The notes beneath the pieces are model-generated. The model did no database searches, was not told where the DNA came from, and saw only the letters and a list, made by a program, of their open reading frames with translations. From IMG/VR virus record IMGVR_UViG_3300037467_000627: 64,000 nt of DNA, one strand, 5' to 3'. Positions 26,328 through 34,884 of this stretch are shown here, piece by piece (within the stretch, counting starts at the first letter, position 1; each line of letters begins with the position of its first letter). A program made the translations under genes and the position numbers. This DNA comes from a virus.

Positions 26328-26929
26328 TCGTCGGCCTCTTCCTGGCCGTCCACCCACTCGATGACCTCAGGGAACTTCTTCTCGCACTCCGGGCCGATGC
26401 CGTAGTGGATCGAGCGCGCGTCAGTCAGCGCCTTGCCGCATCGACAGCAGTGCTCGAGCTCCTTGGCGTACGCCATACCTGCCGTCAGTGGATCGACCAT
26501 GGCGAGGATGACGTACTTCTCGTACTGCCGCCGCGAGACGCGGAGCCACTCGTCTGAACCCTCCGGCGAATCCAGCGGGCGGTACATGAGAACCTCGTAC
26601 AGAGTTTCGCTCGCCTGGCGCTGGACCTGGATGCAGCCGATCTTGTTGGAGTGCTTCGGAAACTTGCGCGAGATGCGCAGGAATTGGTACGAGTCGTTAT
26701 CGTCCAGACGGACCGCATAGTATCCGTCCGGCGTCTCCGTCAACATGGCCAATGGCACGGACGTGCGGGGTTGCATGGCGTACGGGACGCGCGCTGGGGG
26801 TGCGTCGGATGGTGGGGTGACCCCCGCATCAGCGGACGCGTCTACGGGCCGTGTAGCGCCCCAGCACTTACGGGATTCCTCGACCGTTTGATGCGTGTGC
26901 TCTGGGCCGTTCTTGCAGAGGATAGCCAT
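26324..26929 (-). CDS. hypothetical protein with C-terminal CxxCG...GIGPxC zinc-ribbon (DUF6011-type motif)
   Basis: CCRCGKALTDARSIHYGIGPECEKKF near the C-terminus. Confidence 0.6.
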   Translation of the reverse strand: MAILCKNGPEHTHQTVEESRKCWGATRPVDASADAGVTPPSDAPPARVPYAMQPRTSVPLAMLTETPDGYYAVRLDDNDSYQFLRISRKFPKHSNKIGCIQVQRQASETLYEVLMYRPLDSPEGSDEWLRVSRRQYEKYVILAMVDPLTAGMAYAKELEHCCRCGKALTDARSIHYGIGPECEKKFPEVIEWVDGQEEADE

Positions 26930-27079
26930 GCTCGTCTCATCCTTCCAGGATGGTGAATGAATAACCTGCTAGGGCAGTATGGATCACACTGGTACTGGCG
27001 GGGGGTGGCCAGCCATACGCAGAGCTCGGGGGAGGGCTCTACTCAGCAATCCATACTGCCTTAGCAAGCGATTCACAAG

Positions 27080-27137
27080 TCACGCCAGGCGGGTGACGCG
27101 TGTCCGGACTCCGCTAGTGCGGTCCGCCTGGCGTGAC
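27080..27137 (-). terminator. long stem-loop, putative terminator after 27148..27516
   Basis: 14-bp perfect inverted repeat GTCACGCCAGGCGG / CCGCCTGGCGTGAC with a 30-nt loop, starting 10 nt past the stop. Confidence 0.5.
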
Positions 27138-27147
27138 GACTGTGGAG

Positions 27148-27516
27148 TTACATCAGGGATGCAGGCTTGTTACGGCGCTTGCGCACGGGTCGCGAGCTCT
27201 TCTGCTTGGCGACGTGATCCTTGAGGGCCTCGACAGCCTCTTCGGACTCGGTGAGCTCCTTGACTGACAGACCAGCGATGCGTGCGCGAATCTTCATGGC
27301 CTCCTTGCAGTGGCCAGCGCCGCGCGCCTCGAGCAGCTTGAGCTGCTCGCCGTCGCTACGGGAGTTGCGGGCTGCGAGGCGGATCCTCGCCTCCTCGTCG
27401 CGCCTGATGGTGGCTTGCGACTTCGAGTGACTCTTCACGGCATTACCCTTTCTCGAGAGCCAGACGGGGTATTTTACCCCATGGATGCGATGAAGCTCAA
27501 AACGGCCAAGATGCAT
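27148..27516 (-). CDS. hypothetical basic protein
   Basis: 122-aa ORF. The ATG at 27516 lacks a clear RBS. An alternative GTG at 27438 has AAAGGG upstream. Confidence 0.5.
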   Translation of the reverse strand: MHLGRFELHRIHGVKYPVWLSRKGNAVKSHSKSQATIRRDEEARIRLAARNSRSDGEQLKLLEARGAGHCKEAMKIRARIAGLSVKELTESEEAVEALKDHVAKQKSSRPVRKRRNKPASLM

Positions 27517-27749
27517 ACCGTTAGGACGATGACGGTGATCTCAACTTTGTGACGACGCCAGCTCACTCTAGATCTTTCCCCAGGTTTTTATTGCAGCGTT
27601 TACATACTGTTCGTCCATCGAACTTCGTGGTCAGCGCGTGGTGGAACACATGACAGAAGGTGATTACTATCAGCAAGTACACGAAGCTGAAGAAAGGAAG
27701 GAATGGCCTATCTGCCAACAGCCTAACCATCTCGGATCGATAACTCATG

Positions 27750-27823
27750 TCTGCTAAGAGGGATTTGAACCCCCGACCTCTGGCACCCAAAGCCAGCGCT
27801 CTACCAAACTGAGCTATTAGCAG
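27750..27823 (-). tRNA. tRNA-Pro (anticodon TGG)
   Basis: CTGCTAA-TA-GCTC-AGTTTGGTA-GAGC-G-CTGGC-TTTGGGT-GCCAG-AGGTC-GGGGG-TTCAAAT-CCCTC-TTAGCAG-A. Has the C1:G72 pair typical of tRNA-Pro. Confidence 0.9.
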
Positions 27824-27827
27824 TTGC

Positions 27828-27865
27828 GGCGCTCGCCTCGGGTAGTTCCGGACGAGGCGAGCGCC
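27828..27865 (-). terminator. stem-loop after the small membrane-protein gene
   Basis: 13-bp perfect inverted repeat GGCGCTCGCCTCG / CGAGGCGAGCGCC with a 12-nt loop, between the stop at 27871 and tRNA-Pro. Confidence 0.55.
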
Positions 27866-27870
27866 TGTCT

Positions 27871-28017
27871 TCAGCAGTCGACGACCTTCAGCTGACACAT
27901 GTTCTTGCCCTGCTGTTCCATCTCCTGGTCGGACTTGTGCTGCTCGTAGTTGATCTTGATGACCAGAGCTACAGCGCCGACCACGAGAACTGTCAGGGCG
28001 ATGATCAGCTTCCGCAT
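27871..28017 (-). CDS. small membrane/secreted peptide (48 aa, below track cutoff)
   Basis: MRKLIIALTVLVVGAVALVIKINYEQHKSDQEMEQQGKNMCQLKVVDC. Its ATG overlaps the upstream stop as TGATG. Confidence 0.5.
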   Translation of the reverse strand: MRKLIIALTVLVVGAVALVIKINYEQHKSDQEMEQQGKNMCQLKVVDC

Positions 28018-28889
28018 CAGGACACGCGGTAGATGCGGATGTCGTACGCCACCTTGAACTGCGGAGTCGCGCCGTTGTCCACGCCGCCGAAGCCGGACTC
28101 GTCCTCGTTGTACCCGAAGCCTCGCACGTGGCAGACGCGCCGGTGGTCGGGGTCGCTCACGCCGACCACGCCAGAGGTGTGGCTCGTCAGCTCGATCTTG
28201 CCCTTCTTGCTGATCGGCACGCCCATCGTGGTAGCAGTCGCGTGCTCACCGGCGTCGCCCCACTCGTTCTCGCAGCGCACGGTGAGCTGCGGGTAGGTGT
28301 CGGTGTCCGGCGTGAGGTAGCCCGCCTCGTTGTAGTTGAGGCGATCGAAGACCGCGTTCACTTCCAGGTTGTAGGTGCCAGTGTCGGCGGGCAGGTTGAA
28401 CGCGGTCAGCTCGGTGGCGCGCGTCGCGTAGCTGCCGCCGATGTGCTCGATGTTCTTGTAGTCGCCTGCGACGGACCAGACCAGCTTGCCGAACACGTCC
28501 GGGGTGTTCGCGTCGGTCGTCAGCATGCGCTGCACGTTCGCGTCCAGGGTGTCGAGGTGCACCGAGCCGTCCGCCGGTCCCTGGTTGACCTTGGCGAGCG
28601 CCGCGTTCGAGGTCGTCGTGGCCTTCGTGATCTGGCTGCGGATGTCGGAGCCGAGCTTCGACCAGGGGATCGTGTTGTCGTGGATGTGACCACCCCAGAC
28701 GGAACCGAGGCCGTAGTCGGCAGCGGTGAGGCTGCGGTACTTGACCTGCTCCGTGCCGACCGTGTTGGGGCCTGGCGTGTAGGTGACAGTCGAGGTGGCG
28801 CGTTCGGGCGCGGTGTACGCCTGGGCACTGACACTGCCGCCGAGAATGCAGGCGACCGCCAGCGCACCAGCAATGATGCGTGACTTCAT
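28017..28889 (-). CDS. secreted protein of unknown function
   Basis: The track ORF was trimmed to the ATG at 28889. MKSRIIAGALAVACILGGSVSAQA-YTAP is a classic signal peptide. Visibly higher G+C than the flanks. Confidence 0.65.
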   Translation of the reverse strand: MKSRIIAGALAVACILGGSVSAQAYTAPERATSTVTYTPGPNTVGTEQVKYRSLTAADYGLGSVWGGHIHDNTIPWSKLGSDIRSQITKATTTSNAALAKVNQGPADGSVHLDTLDANVQRMLTTDANTPDVFGKLVWSVAGDYKNIEHIGGSYATRATELTAFNLPADTGTYNLEVNAVFDRLNYNEAGYLTPDTDTYPQLTVRCENEWGDAGEHATATTMGVPISKKGKIELTSHTSGVVGVSDPDHRRVCHVRGFGYNEDESGFGGVDNGATPQFKVAYDIRIYRVS

Positions 28890-29373
28890 GAGGATCTCAT
28901 CTTTCTTGATGGAGCGGAACGGGAAGGTTTGAGGCGATTGCGTCAGCATGGCTCGCCTCGGGCCTACGATTCTTCCTACTGCCCTGGACATTCAGGAGAT
29001 GCCTCAGGGGGTCGTGCCCTAATAACTGGAGTTATTCAGTTGTTTACGAACCAGCCCTCGAGGTGCGAGCTCGATGCTGGTACCCACAGAACTGCTAGGG
29101 CGATACAAGGTCGGCCCAGCAGCCATGCTCGACGCACCTGACGAGGTAGAGATTGCACATCCGAAGAACGCGTCAGGTGTTCCACCGTCTTGCATGGCCA
29201 CTGGGCCAGTTCATAAGGGTGGTCCGTTTACACTCGATCGTACACCTCGTGATCCATGAAGGTGGACCATTCCCTCACGAGGCATCACTGCAAGTAGTTG
29301 CACATTCCTCACAGCTTAGGATTCCATGCCAGGTCTACCCGAAGGTAACCAGTCAGCGGTGCAAATCCCGTCG

Positions 29374-29447
29374 AGCGGCAGGCTGGACTTGAACCAGCTT
29401 GATCCTACACGGGGTGAAGGCGCTCTTTCCATACGAGCATCTGCCGC
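29374..29447 (-). tRNA. atypical tRNA-like gene (anticodon position reads CCC, Gly)
   Basis: Perfect 7-bp acceptor GCGGCAG/CTGCCGC, D arm GCTC/GAGC, T arm GCTGG-TTCAAGT-CCAGC. The anticodon stem has a T:T mismatch and the loop ACCCCGT has C, not U, at position 33. Confidence 0.5.
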
Positions 29448-29799
29448 GCAACAGGTCAGGGTTGGGGGTGAGGCGCCCCTTGCTGACCTGCGCCTGTCCG
29501 AGGGCTGTGAACGACAAAGTCGACCTCGAACAGATTCGTGATCTACCTACCTGCAGTCGCACCCGCCGATCATCGTGTCGTTCGACCGCAAGTCGCCACC
29601 AGGTGGGGAGGGCGGGGTTGGGCGGTGGAGCCCTTGGAAGCACTCCCCACAACCACCTCGATCACGAAGCTTAGCGGAGTGCAGCCCTTCGTTGCACGGC
29701 CGGTAGCGAGTCCCCTTCTGTGATCCCGCACCGTACCCGCAGGCCAATAGGTGCAGCTGGGGTTCATCGCTAGCTGCTAGACTGCACTCCGCCCCTGCC

Positions 29800-30738
29800 T
29801 CAGGCCGCCTTGCGGGCGCCCTTCGGCTGGCCATCGGCGGCGTCCACTGGCTCGACGCCCTCGAGGGTGCACTTGCCGGACTTCGGGAACAGGCGCGCCG
29901 ACACAGCTCCCGGGCTCGGGTGCTCGTCGCCGTACTCGGCCGAGTTGTGCGAGACGATCTGCGCCACGGTCAGGAAGTCGCCGGGGTTCTTGTCCGCGAA
30001 CGCCTCGAGGATGTGCTTGCCGATGTCGCGCCGCGTACCGGTGAACGGCGTGCGAGTGCCGCCACTGGAGCCCTTGCTGACCTTGCCCTGCGCCAGCTTC
30101 AGCGCGCGCCGCGCCAGGGCCGACACCTGCGGCTCCTCGCCCTCGCCGGTGTACTGGGCGAGCTTCTGCACGTCCTGCATCGTCTCACCGGCGAGCTTCT
30201 GCGCCCGGTCGTTCCAGTCCTCGGCGACACCGTCCGGCACGTTCTGCGTGACGTGGCTGTACGCCAGCTGCAGCGCGACGACCTGCTCCACGAAGTTCGT
30301 GGTCGGGTCGGCCGGGGCCTTCGGCTCCTTGGAGCTGCTGCCCTTGGCCTTGGTGATCTCGCCACGGACCGCGTTCAGGGCACGCGCGAGCGGGACGTTC
30401 GGGGTGTCGCCCTCGAGCGCCTCCTTGACGCCGTTCTCGATCCAGGCACGGGCGGCCGCCTTCGGCTTCGCGCCGTCGAGCGACTGGTACGCGGCCAGCA
30501 CGTTGTGCATCTGCTCGGTCGAGAGCGTGCCCGTGGTCGGGTCCATCTCGGCGATGGCCTTCTGGATCGCCTCGTCGAACGCCTTGGTGTCGACGACCGC
30601 CTCGGTCGCCTCGGTGTTCTGCGCCGGGGCCGAAGTCGTCTCGGCTGGCGCGTCGGTCGCGGTGGCAGTCACCGTGTCCTCCTTGGGTTTCGCTGTGGCC
30701 TTCTTGGCCGCAGTCTTGGTAGCGGGCTGACGCGCCAT
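29800..30738 (-). CDS. hypothetical protein, putative winged-helix C-terminus (paralogue A of 36504..37295)
   Basis: Start moved to the ATG at 30738 (GGAGGT RBS). The C-terminus HILEAFADKNPGDFLTVAQIVSHNSAEYGDEHPSPGAVSARL aligns with the 263-aa protein at 36504..37295. Confidence 0.65.
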   Translation of the reverse strand: MARQPATKTAAKKATAKPKEDTVTATATDAPAETTSAPAQNTEATEAVVDTKAFDEAIQKAIAEMDPTTGTLSTEQMHNVLAAYQSLDGAKPKAAARAWIENGVKEALEGDTPNVPLARALNAVRGEITKAKGSSSKEPKAPADPTTNFVEQVVALQLAYSHVTQNVPDGVAEDWNDRAQKLAGETMQDVQKLAQYTGEGEEPQVSALARRALKLAQGKVSKGSSGGTRTPFTGTRRDIGKHILEAFADKNPGDFLTVAQIVSHNSAEYGDEHPSPGAVSARLFPKSGKCTLEGVEPVDAADGQPKGARKAA

Positions 30739-30876
30739 TGCGGATACCTCCTGCGATATCGGGCGTCGGGTGTTCGATCGTCGTTTGACCATCTGAGCTA
30801 TCAGCGAACCTAGCGCTGACACCGCACATGGTCAAGCCGGGGGTGCGTGCCTAGTGTACGAGCCTGCTATCGGAGA

Positions 30877-30930
30877 CCAGCCCTCGCCTGGAACGTTCGA
30901 TTGACTGGGCGAACGGCCTGCGAGGGCTGG
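30877..30930 (-). terminator. long stem-loop between 31096..31344 and 29800..30738
   Basis: 11-bp inverted repeat CCAGCCCTCGC / GCGAGGGCTGG enclosing a 32-nt loop. Confidence 0.4.
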
Positions 30931-31095
30931 CAGCAGTGGTGGGCTATGACGAGTCGAGTCTCACAGATGAGGGCCTCAACCACTGCACTCCGTATGCACT
31001 TGTAGGGTGTTACGGCCGGTACTTCTTGTGAATCAGCCACCCCATTTGTATCACCTCCAGGTGCACTCGCCAGAAGGCATAGCTCGGCTTACTGA

Positions 31096-31344
31096 CTACA
31101 ATACCGACCTGGGGGGCTGTTGGGAAGCATTCGACGGTATGGACTTTGTGAGAGGCGTAGTGAACTGCTGCCCAGGCTTCCACCCATTGGCAAGCGCCAA
31201 GCTGTGACACTTGTCGATGTGCCATGCCCAGGTTGCGTAGTTGGCGAAGTCTTCTTCGAAGCAGTGCGGACACTGCCCCTTGTTGCGTGCGCAGGTGCAG
31301 AAAGCTGCGGCGTGACCGCTGTAGTGCGTAGGTTCCCCAGTCAT
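31096..31344 (-). CDS. hypothetical Cys/His-rich protein
   Basis: MTGEPTHYSGHAAAFCTCARNKGQCPHCFEED...KCH. ATG at 31344 with GGAAGAG upstream. Confidence 0.5.
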   Translation of the reverse strand: MTGEPTHYSGHAAAFCTCARNKGQCPHCFEEDFANYATWAWHIDKCHSLALANGWKPGQQFTTPLTKSIPSNASQQPPRSVL

Positions 31345-31380
31345 GATTCTCACTCTTCCTGAGTGGTAGTGAAGCTGTTG

Positions 31381-31584
31381 TTACTCGACACGTGCTCTGG
31401 TCTTGTTGACCTTGCGAAGAAGGACCTTCTTCTTTTCGATAGCCTCGACCGTTCGCTGTGGCTGGTTCGAGTTCTTCAGTGGCCGCGTCTTGATGTCCCA
31501 GTAGATGTCCCTCGCGATAGAGGCGACAATGTACAGTAGGAACAAGATTGCAATCACTAGCCAGATGTGGCCTGCGAGTGCCAT
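31381..31584 (-). CDS. small single-pass membrane protein
   Basis: MALAGHIWLVIAILFLLYIVASIA followed by a basic tail. AGGGAG RBS. Confidence 0.6.
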   Translation of the reverse strand: MALAGHIWLVIAILFLLYIVASIARDIYWDIKTRPLKNSNQPQRTVEAIEKKKVLLRKVNKTRARVE

Positions 31585-31607
31585 GATTCTCCCTGACTAC
31601 GAGGGGT

Positions 31608-31805
31608 TTACTTCTGGTTCTTGAGGAGACCTTTGCGGATCTCTTGGTACCACGTCATGCCGTACAGGTGGCCAGGCAGGCCGGTTCGCAGGTACCGCTG
31701 GATGCGCGCCTGCATGTTGGGGCTGTGAGCTCGCTGCTCCCAGCCGTTGACGACGACATTGCGGATCTCGACCGGGTCAGGGTGATCCTTCGAATACCTG
31801 ACCAT
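31608..31805 (-). CDS. hypothetical protein
   Basis: 65-aa ORF, TGATG-coupled. Confidence 0.55.
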   Translation of the reverse strand: MVRYSKDHPDPVEIRNVVVNGWEQRAHSPNMQARIQRYLRTGLPGHLYGMTWYQEIRKGLLKNQK

Positions 31806-32071
31806 CAGCGCACCTCATCTACGAGCTCTTCAGCTTCTTCCTCTTCGAGGCCAAGGCTGATTCCGAGCTCGAACACACGCTCATCCCAGAGCATCTCGAC
31901 ATGCCGCTCGTATGCACTGACCATGCTGCGAGCCGCCGCCTTCTGCTCGTCGGTCCACTCGCGCTTCGGCTCGTCTTCGTCTTCATCTCGAGGCGGCTCC
32001 TCGTGGGTGGCCGCATCCTCCTGGAGTTGTTCACGCAGCGCCTTGTCTCCACTCCAGCCCCAGTCACTCAT
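31805..32071 (-). CDS. hypothetical acidic protein
   Basis: Start moved to the ATG at 32071 behind GAGGAGGAGG. Confidence 0.6.
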   Translation of the reverse strand: MSDWGWSGDKALREQLQEDAATHEEPPRDEDEDEPKREWTDEQKAAARSMVSAYERHVEMLWDERVFELGISLGLEEEEAEELVDEVR

Positions 32072-32190
32072 GACCTCCTCCTCGTAGGACAGGCCGGGTA
32101 CTTGTACCAACTGGCGATGACCTGATCGATGTTCCAGTTAAGTACCGGCCAGAGGAGCAGACCTCGGATCGTGCGGACTCCGTTAGTCAT
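32068..32190 (-). CDS. possible small ORF (40 aa)
   Basis: MTNGVRTIRGLLLWPVLNWNIDQVIASWYKYPACPTRRRS. It bridges two genes with overlaps at both ends (ATGA at the 3' end). Confidence 0.3.
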   Translation of the reverse strand: MTNGVRTIRGLLLWPVLNWNIDQVIASWYKYPACPTRRRS

Positions 32191-32683
32191 ACTGGATCAC
32201 CTTGCCGTTGGACCTGATCTCGGCGATGTCGTTGTCGCGCAGCACCCGCTCCTGGAGGCCAGCCTGGCGGAACACGTACTGGCCATCGTCGCGGTAGATC
32301 AGGCCTGGGTGGGTGTTGTAGGCGGACAGGTAGAACCCCCTGAAGCCGTCGTCTCCGTCCGTGTCGTACGGGCGCAGCCACGAGAGGAACAGAGGAATCT
32401 CGTTGCCGTAGTGCTTGAATGAGGTGTCCACGATCAGCTCGTAGCGCTCGGAGATGGTGTTCCAGGCGAACTCCGTGTGCCCAGTGATGTGGGCCTGTGA
32501 CTCCGGACCGTGGATCAGGAAGTGCTTGTGGCGGTTGTTCTCGTTGAACAGCGCATGGTTCGGCCGGTTGCCAGGGTGCGTCCTGCGCGGCGACTGCGGA
32601 TCCACGAGATACTGGATCCAGGGCACAGCCTCGTTGTCCTCGCGGAACTCGGCGACGAAGTGGAACCAGGTGTAGTCACCCAT
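32183..32683 (-). CDS. hypothetical protein
   Basis: 166-aa ORF. Confidence 0.7.
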   Translation of the reverse strand: MGDYTWFHFVAEFREDNEAVPWIQYLVDPQSPRRTHPGNRPNHALFNENNRHKHFLIHGPESQAHITGHTEFAWNTISERYELIVDTSFKHYGNEIPLFLSWLRPYDTDGDDGFRGFYLSAYNTHPGLIYRDDGQYVFRQAGLQERVLRDNDIAEIRSNGKVIQYD

Positions 32684-33033
32684 CAGGACACCAGCTTCCA
32701 GTCGCGATCGTCGTAGGGGTTGTGCTTGACGTAAGTACCCTCGACGAAGGACTGCGTGACGAGGATGATCTGGAGGGCGATCTCGGTCTCCTTGTGGATC
32801 TTCTCCAGCTTCTCGCAGGCATCCTCGTATGCGTCCTGATCGAAGTCGTCGTCATCCTCGTTGGGGAGGTCCCAGCCCAGGATTTCGGCGATGTCCGACT
32901 CAACGAAGGAGTTGCCGTAAGGACGCTTGGGGTTGATGGCAGGTGCGCCATACTCACAGGCATCCCAGGTGACATACATGCGCTGGATCAGCTTCAGGTG
33001 ATCCTCGGTCAGTGTGAATTCAGTGGTGATCAC
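32683..33033 (-). CDS. hypothetical acidic protein
   Basis: The track ORF was trimmed to the GTG at 33033 with AGGAG 8 nt upstream. Confidence 0.6.
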   Translation of the reverse strand: MITTEFTLTEDHLKLIQRMYVTWDACEYGAPAINPKRPYGNSFVESDIAEILGWDLPNEDDDDFDQDAYEDACEKLEKIHKETEIALQIILVTQSFVEGTYVKHNPYDDRDWKLVS

Positions 33034-33043
33034 TGAGGTACTC

Positions 33044-33292
33044 CTAGGTAAGTGTGATATTCTGCGGGTAGTGCTGGCGGCAACGAAACAGAGTCTTGCG
33101 CAACTCCTTCGTTGCCATGCGACCCTTCTTGCTCGGGTCAGGTACTCGGGCGACGTAGATGAATCGGTGAGATGCGATCTCACCGCACTTGACGAACGTC
33201 CAGGTGCAGGGGTGACCACTGACCATGAGTGCTATGTAGTAACAGCATCTCTTGTTGCTCGGGGCGAAGCCGTCAGTAAGGATCTCGAACAT
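33044..33292 (-). CDS. hypothetical protein
   Basis: 82-aa ORF, TGATG-coupled. Confidence 0.55.
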   Translation of the reverse strand: MFEILTDGFAPSNKRCCYYIALMVSGHPCTWTFVKCGEIASHRFIYVARVPDPSKKGRMATKELRKTLFRCRQHYPQNITLT

Positions 33293-33552
33293 CAGTCCCT
33301 GACCTTGTCCTTCGGGATGTAGAAGCGCTTGCCGTTCTCGTCGGGAGATCCGACATACACGCCCGCCTCGCCATGCAGAATCGGGAAGGAGAACTTCTCG
33401 CCCTCGGGGGTGTAGATCTGCACGCCGCGCGACAGGATCTCGATGGTGGCCACCTTTCCAGCAACGTGCATGAACATACAGACCTCGCTGTGCGGGAGCT
33501 CGACCTTCACCTTGTCGCCGACTTCGTAGCTGTTGTGCGTCTCGCTGGACAT
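33292..33552 (-). CDS. hypothetical protein
   Basis: ATG at 33552 with a GGAAGG RBS. The track start at 33582 lacks an RBS. Confidence 0.6.
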   Translation of the reverse strand: MSSETHNSYEVGDKVKVELPHSEVCMFMHVAGKVATIEILSRGVQIYTPEGEKFSFPILHGEAGVYVGSPDENGKRFYIPKDKVRD

Positions 33553-33628
33553 CTTCTCAACCTTCCTAGTTGGTTTGATCATGCACCGAGCGAGTACAGC
33601 AGGGCGGGCTGCACTCGTCGGAAGAAGA

Positions 33629-34060
33629 TCAAGCCTTGCGCTGGCGCACTATCGGACCTGTGTAGGTCGTGGGCATCGCCGAGAAGATGAGGTTTGTCTC
33701 GCGAGGGTAGTTAGCCTTCACCTCCTCTTGGGTCAACCATCGCGTCTCGCCAGTGTTCTCAGTCTTGTAGACCGAGTCATCCTTCCACTCGATGACCTTC
33801 CGGACCTCGAACAGCATCTCAACCTCGACTTCGGGCTTCTTCGGCTGCTCTCTCCAGGGCCAGTTGCCGTGGCGAGTCCAGGGCCAGTTGCCGTGGCGGA
33901 TGCCGTCCGAGATGTACCCCGCGAGGGTGGCATCGATCTCGCGAGTCGTCAGGCCGTCCTTGAACATCTCGCCGATCAGCTCGCCGCACCTTGCCTGGGC
34001 GGAACCTGTCGGCGCGTAGTCCTGTAGGACTGCGAGCAACTTCTGTGCGTTACTACTCAT
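33629..34060 (-). CDS. hypothetical protein with internal RHGNWPW duplication
   Basis: 143-aa ORF containing a 24-bp tandem duplication at 33853..33900. Confidence 0.65.
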   Translation of the reverse strand: MSSNAQKLLAVLQDYAPTGSAQARCGELIGEMFKDGLTTREIDATLAGYISDGIRHGNWPWTRHGNWPWREQPKKPEVEVEMLFEVRKVIEWKDDSVYKTENTGETRWLTQEEVKANYPRETNLIFSAMPTTYTGPIVRQRKA

Positions 34061-34542
34061 GACCAGTGCCTCTCCATCTGCGGTGTGGTGTAGCCCTCGG
34101 CGGTGCGTTGGGCGTTGTCCATCGGGAACCTGGACGCGCCAGGCCGGTAGCAGTCGCCCTCGAACATGCGGCGCTCGCGTTGCGCGGCCTCATCACGGTG
34201 CTGGCTGGCTGCCTCGTGTACGGTGTGCGGCATGAACGTGTCGTCAGGGGCCTCATAGCGGTCATGGAACGACCATTCATCGTTGACACAGGCGTACACG
34301 TCAGCCACGACCCAGGCTGCGTTGTAGCGCGTCTCACGGGCCAGCCGTGTGGCGTCGTAGCGGTAGTACTTGATGATGACCTGGTAGTCATCGATGACGA
34401 CTGCCGTCACCTTCGAGTGATACGGGAGCTTGAAGGGGATACCCATGTGCATCTTCGCGGCCATCTTCAGATGAAACTCGGTGATCTTATCATCTGCGAT
34501 GTGGTGGCCACGCTCGACGGTGACCAGGGGGTTCTTGGCCAT
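34057..34542 (-). CDS. hypothetical protein
   Basis: 161-aa ORF. Confidence 0.7.
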   Translation of the reverse strand: MAKNPLVTVERGHHIADDKITEFHLKMAAKMHMGIPFKLPYHSKVTAVVIDDYQVIIKYYRYDATRLARETRYNAAWVVADVYACVNDEWSFHDRYEAPDDTFMPHTVHEAASQHRDEAAQRERRMFEGDCYRPGASRFPMDNAQRTAEGYTTPQMERHWS

Positions 34543-34543
34543 G

Positions 34544-34861
34544 TCAGATCAGCTCCACACCGACGATACCGGCGATGTCGCGATACATCTGCTCGGCCCA
34601 GTCGATCATCTGCTGGGCCTGGTAGGCGCCCTGCTGGTTGCCAGCTGCGACTGCCTCGTGGCGGTAGTCCGGCACCGACTCCATGATGTACTCGAGCGCG
34701 TTGAGCAGCATGGTCATGTCCGACAGGTTCCAGCTGGTGTGGTACACAGTGCGCGCCATGTGACTGCCTCCGGCAACCTGGACGGGCACTGTCAGGTACT
34801 TCATCATGGCCTCGTGAACGGCATCAATGCCTTCATCCGAGCCAAAAGTCTTGGTGATCAT
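34544..34861 (-). CDS. hypothetical protein
   Basis: 105-aa ORF. Confidence 0.65.
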   Translation of the reverse strand: MITKTFGSDEGIDAVHEAMMKYLTVPVQVAGGSHMARTVYHTSWNLSDMTMLLNALEYIMESVPDYRHEAVAAGNQQGAYQAQQMIDWAEQMYRDIAGIVGVELI

Positions 34862-34884
34862 CTCGTCCTCCTGGACGGTAGGTG

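Noticed and set aside
27563-27898. 111-aa minus-strand ORF
   Set aside because: It runs straight through tRNA-Pro (27750-27823) and the hairpin at 27828-27865. Only its 3' 61 codons (from the ATG at 27748, hydrophobic) could be a real small gene, and I could not support that well enough to list it.
29374-29800. tmRNA interpretation of the tRNA-like elements (also considered for 57995-58130)
   Set aside because: In both cases the 5' acceptor strand lies within 74-136 nt of the 3' end. I found no tag-peptide reading frame or pseudoknot-sized body, and tmRNAs are usually over 230 nt.
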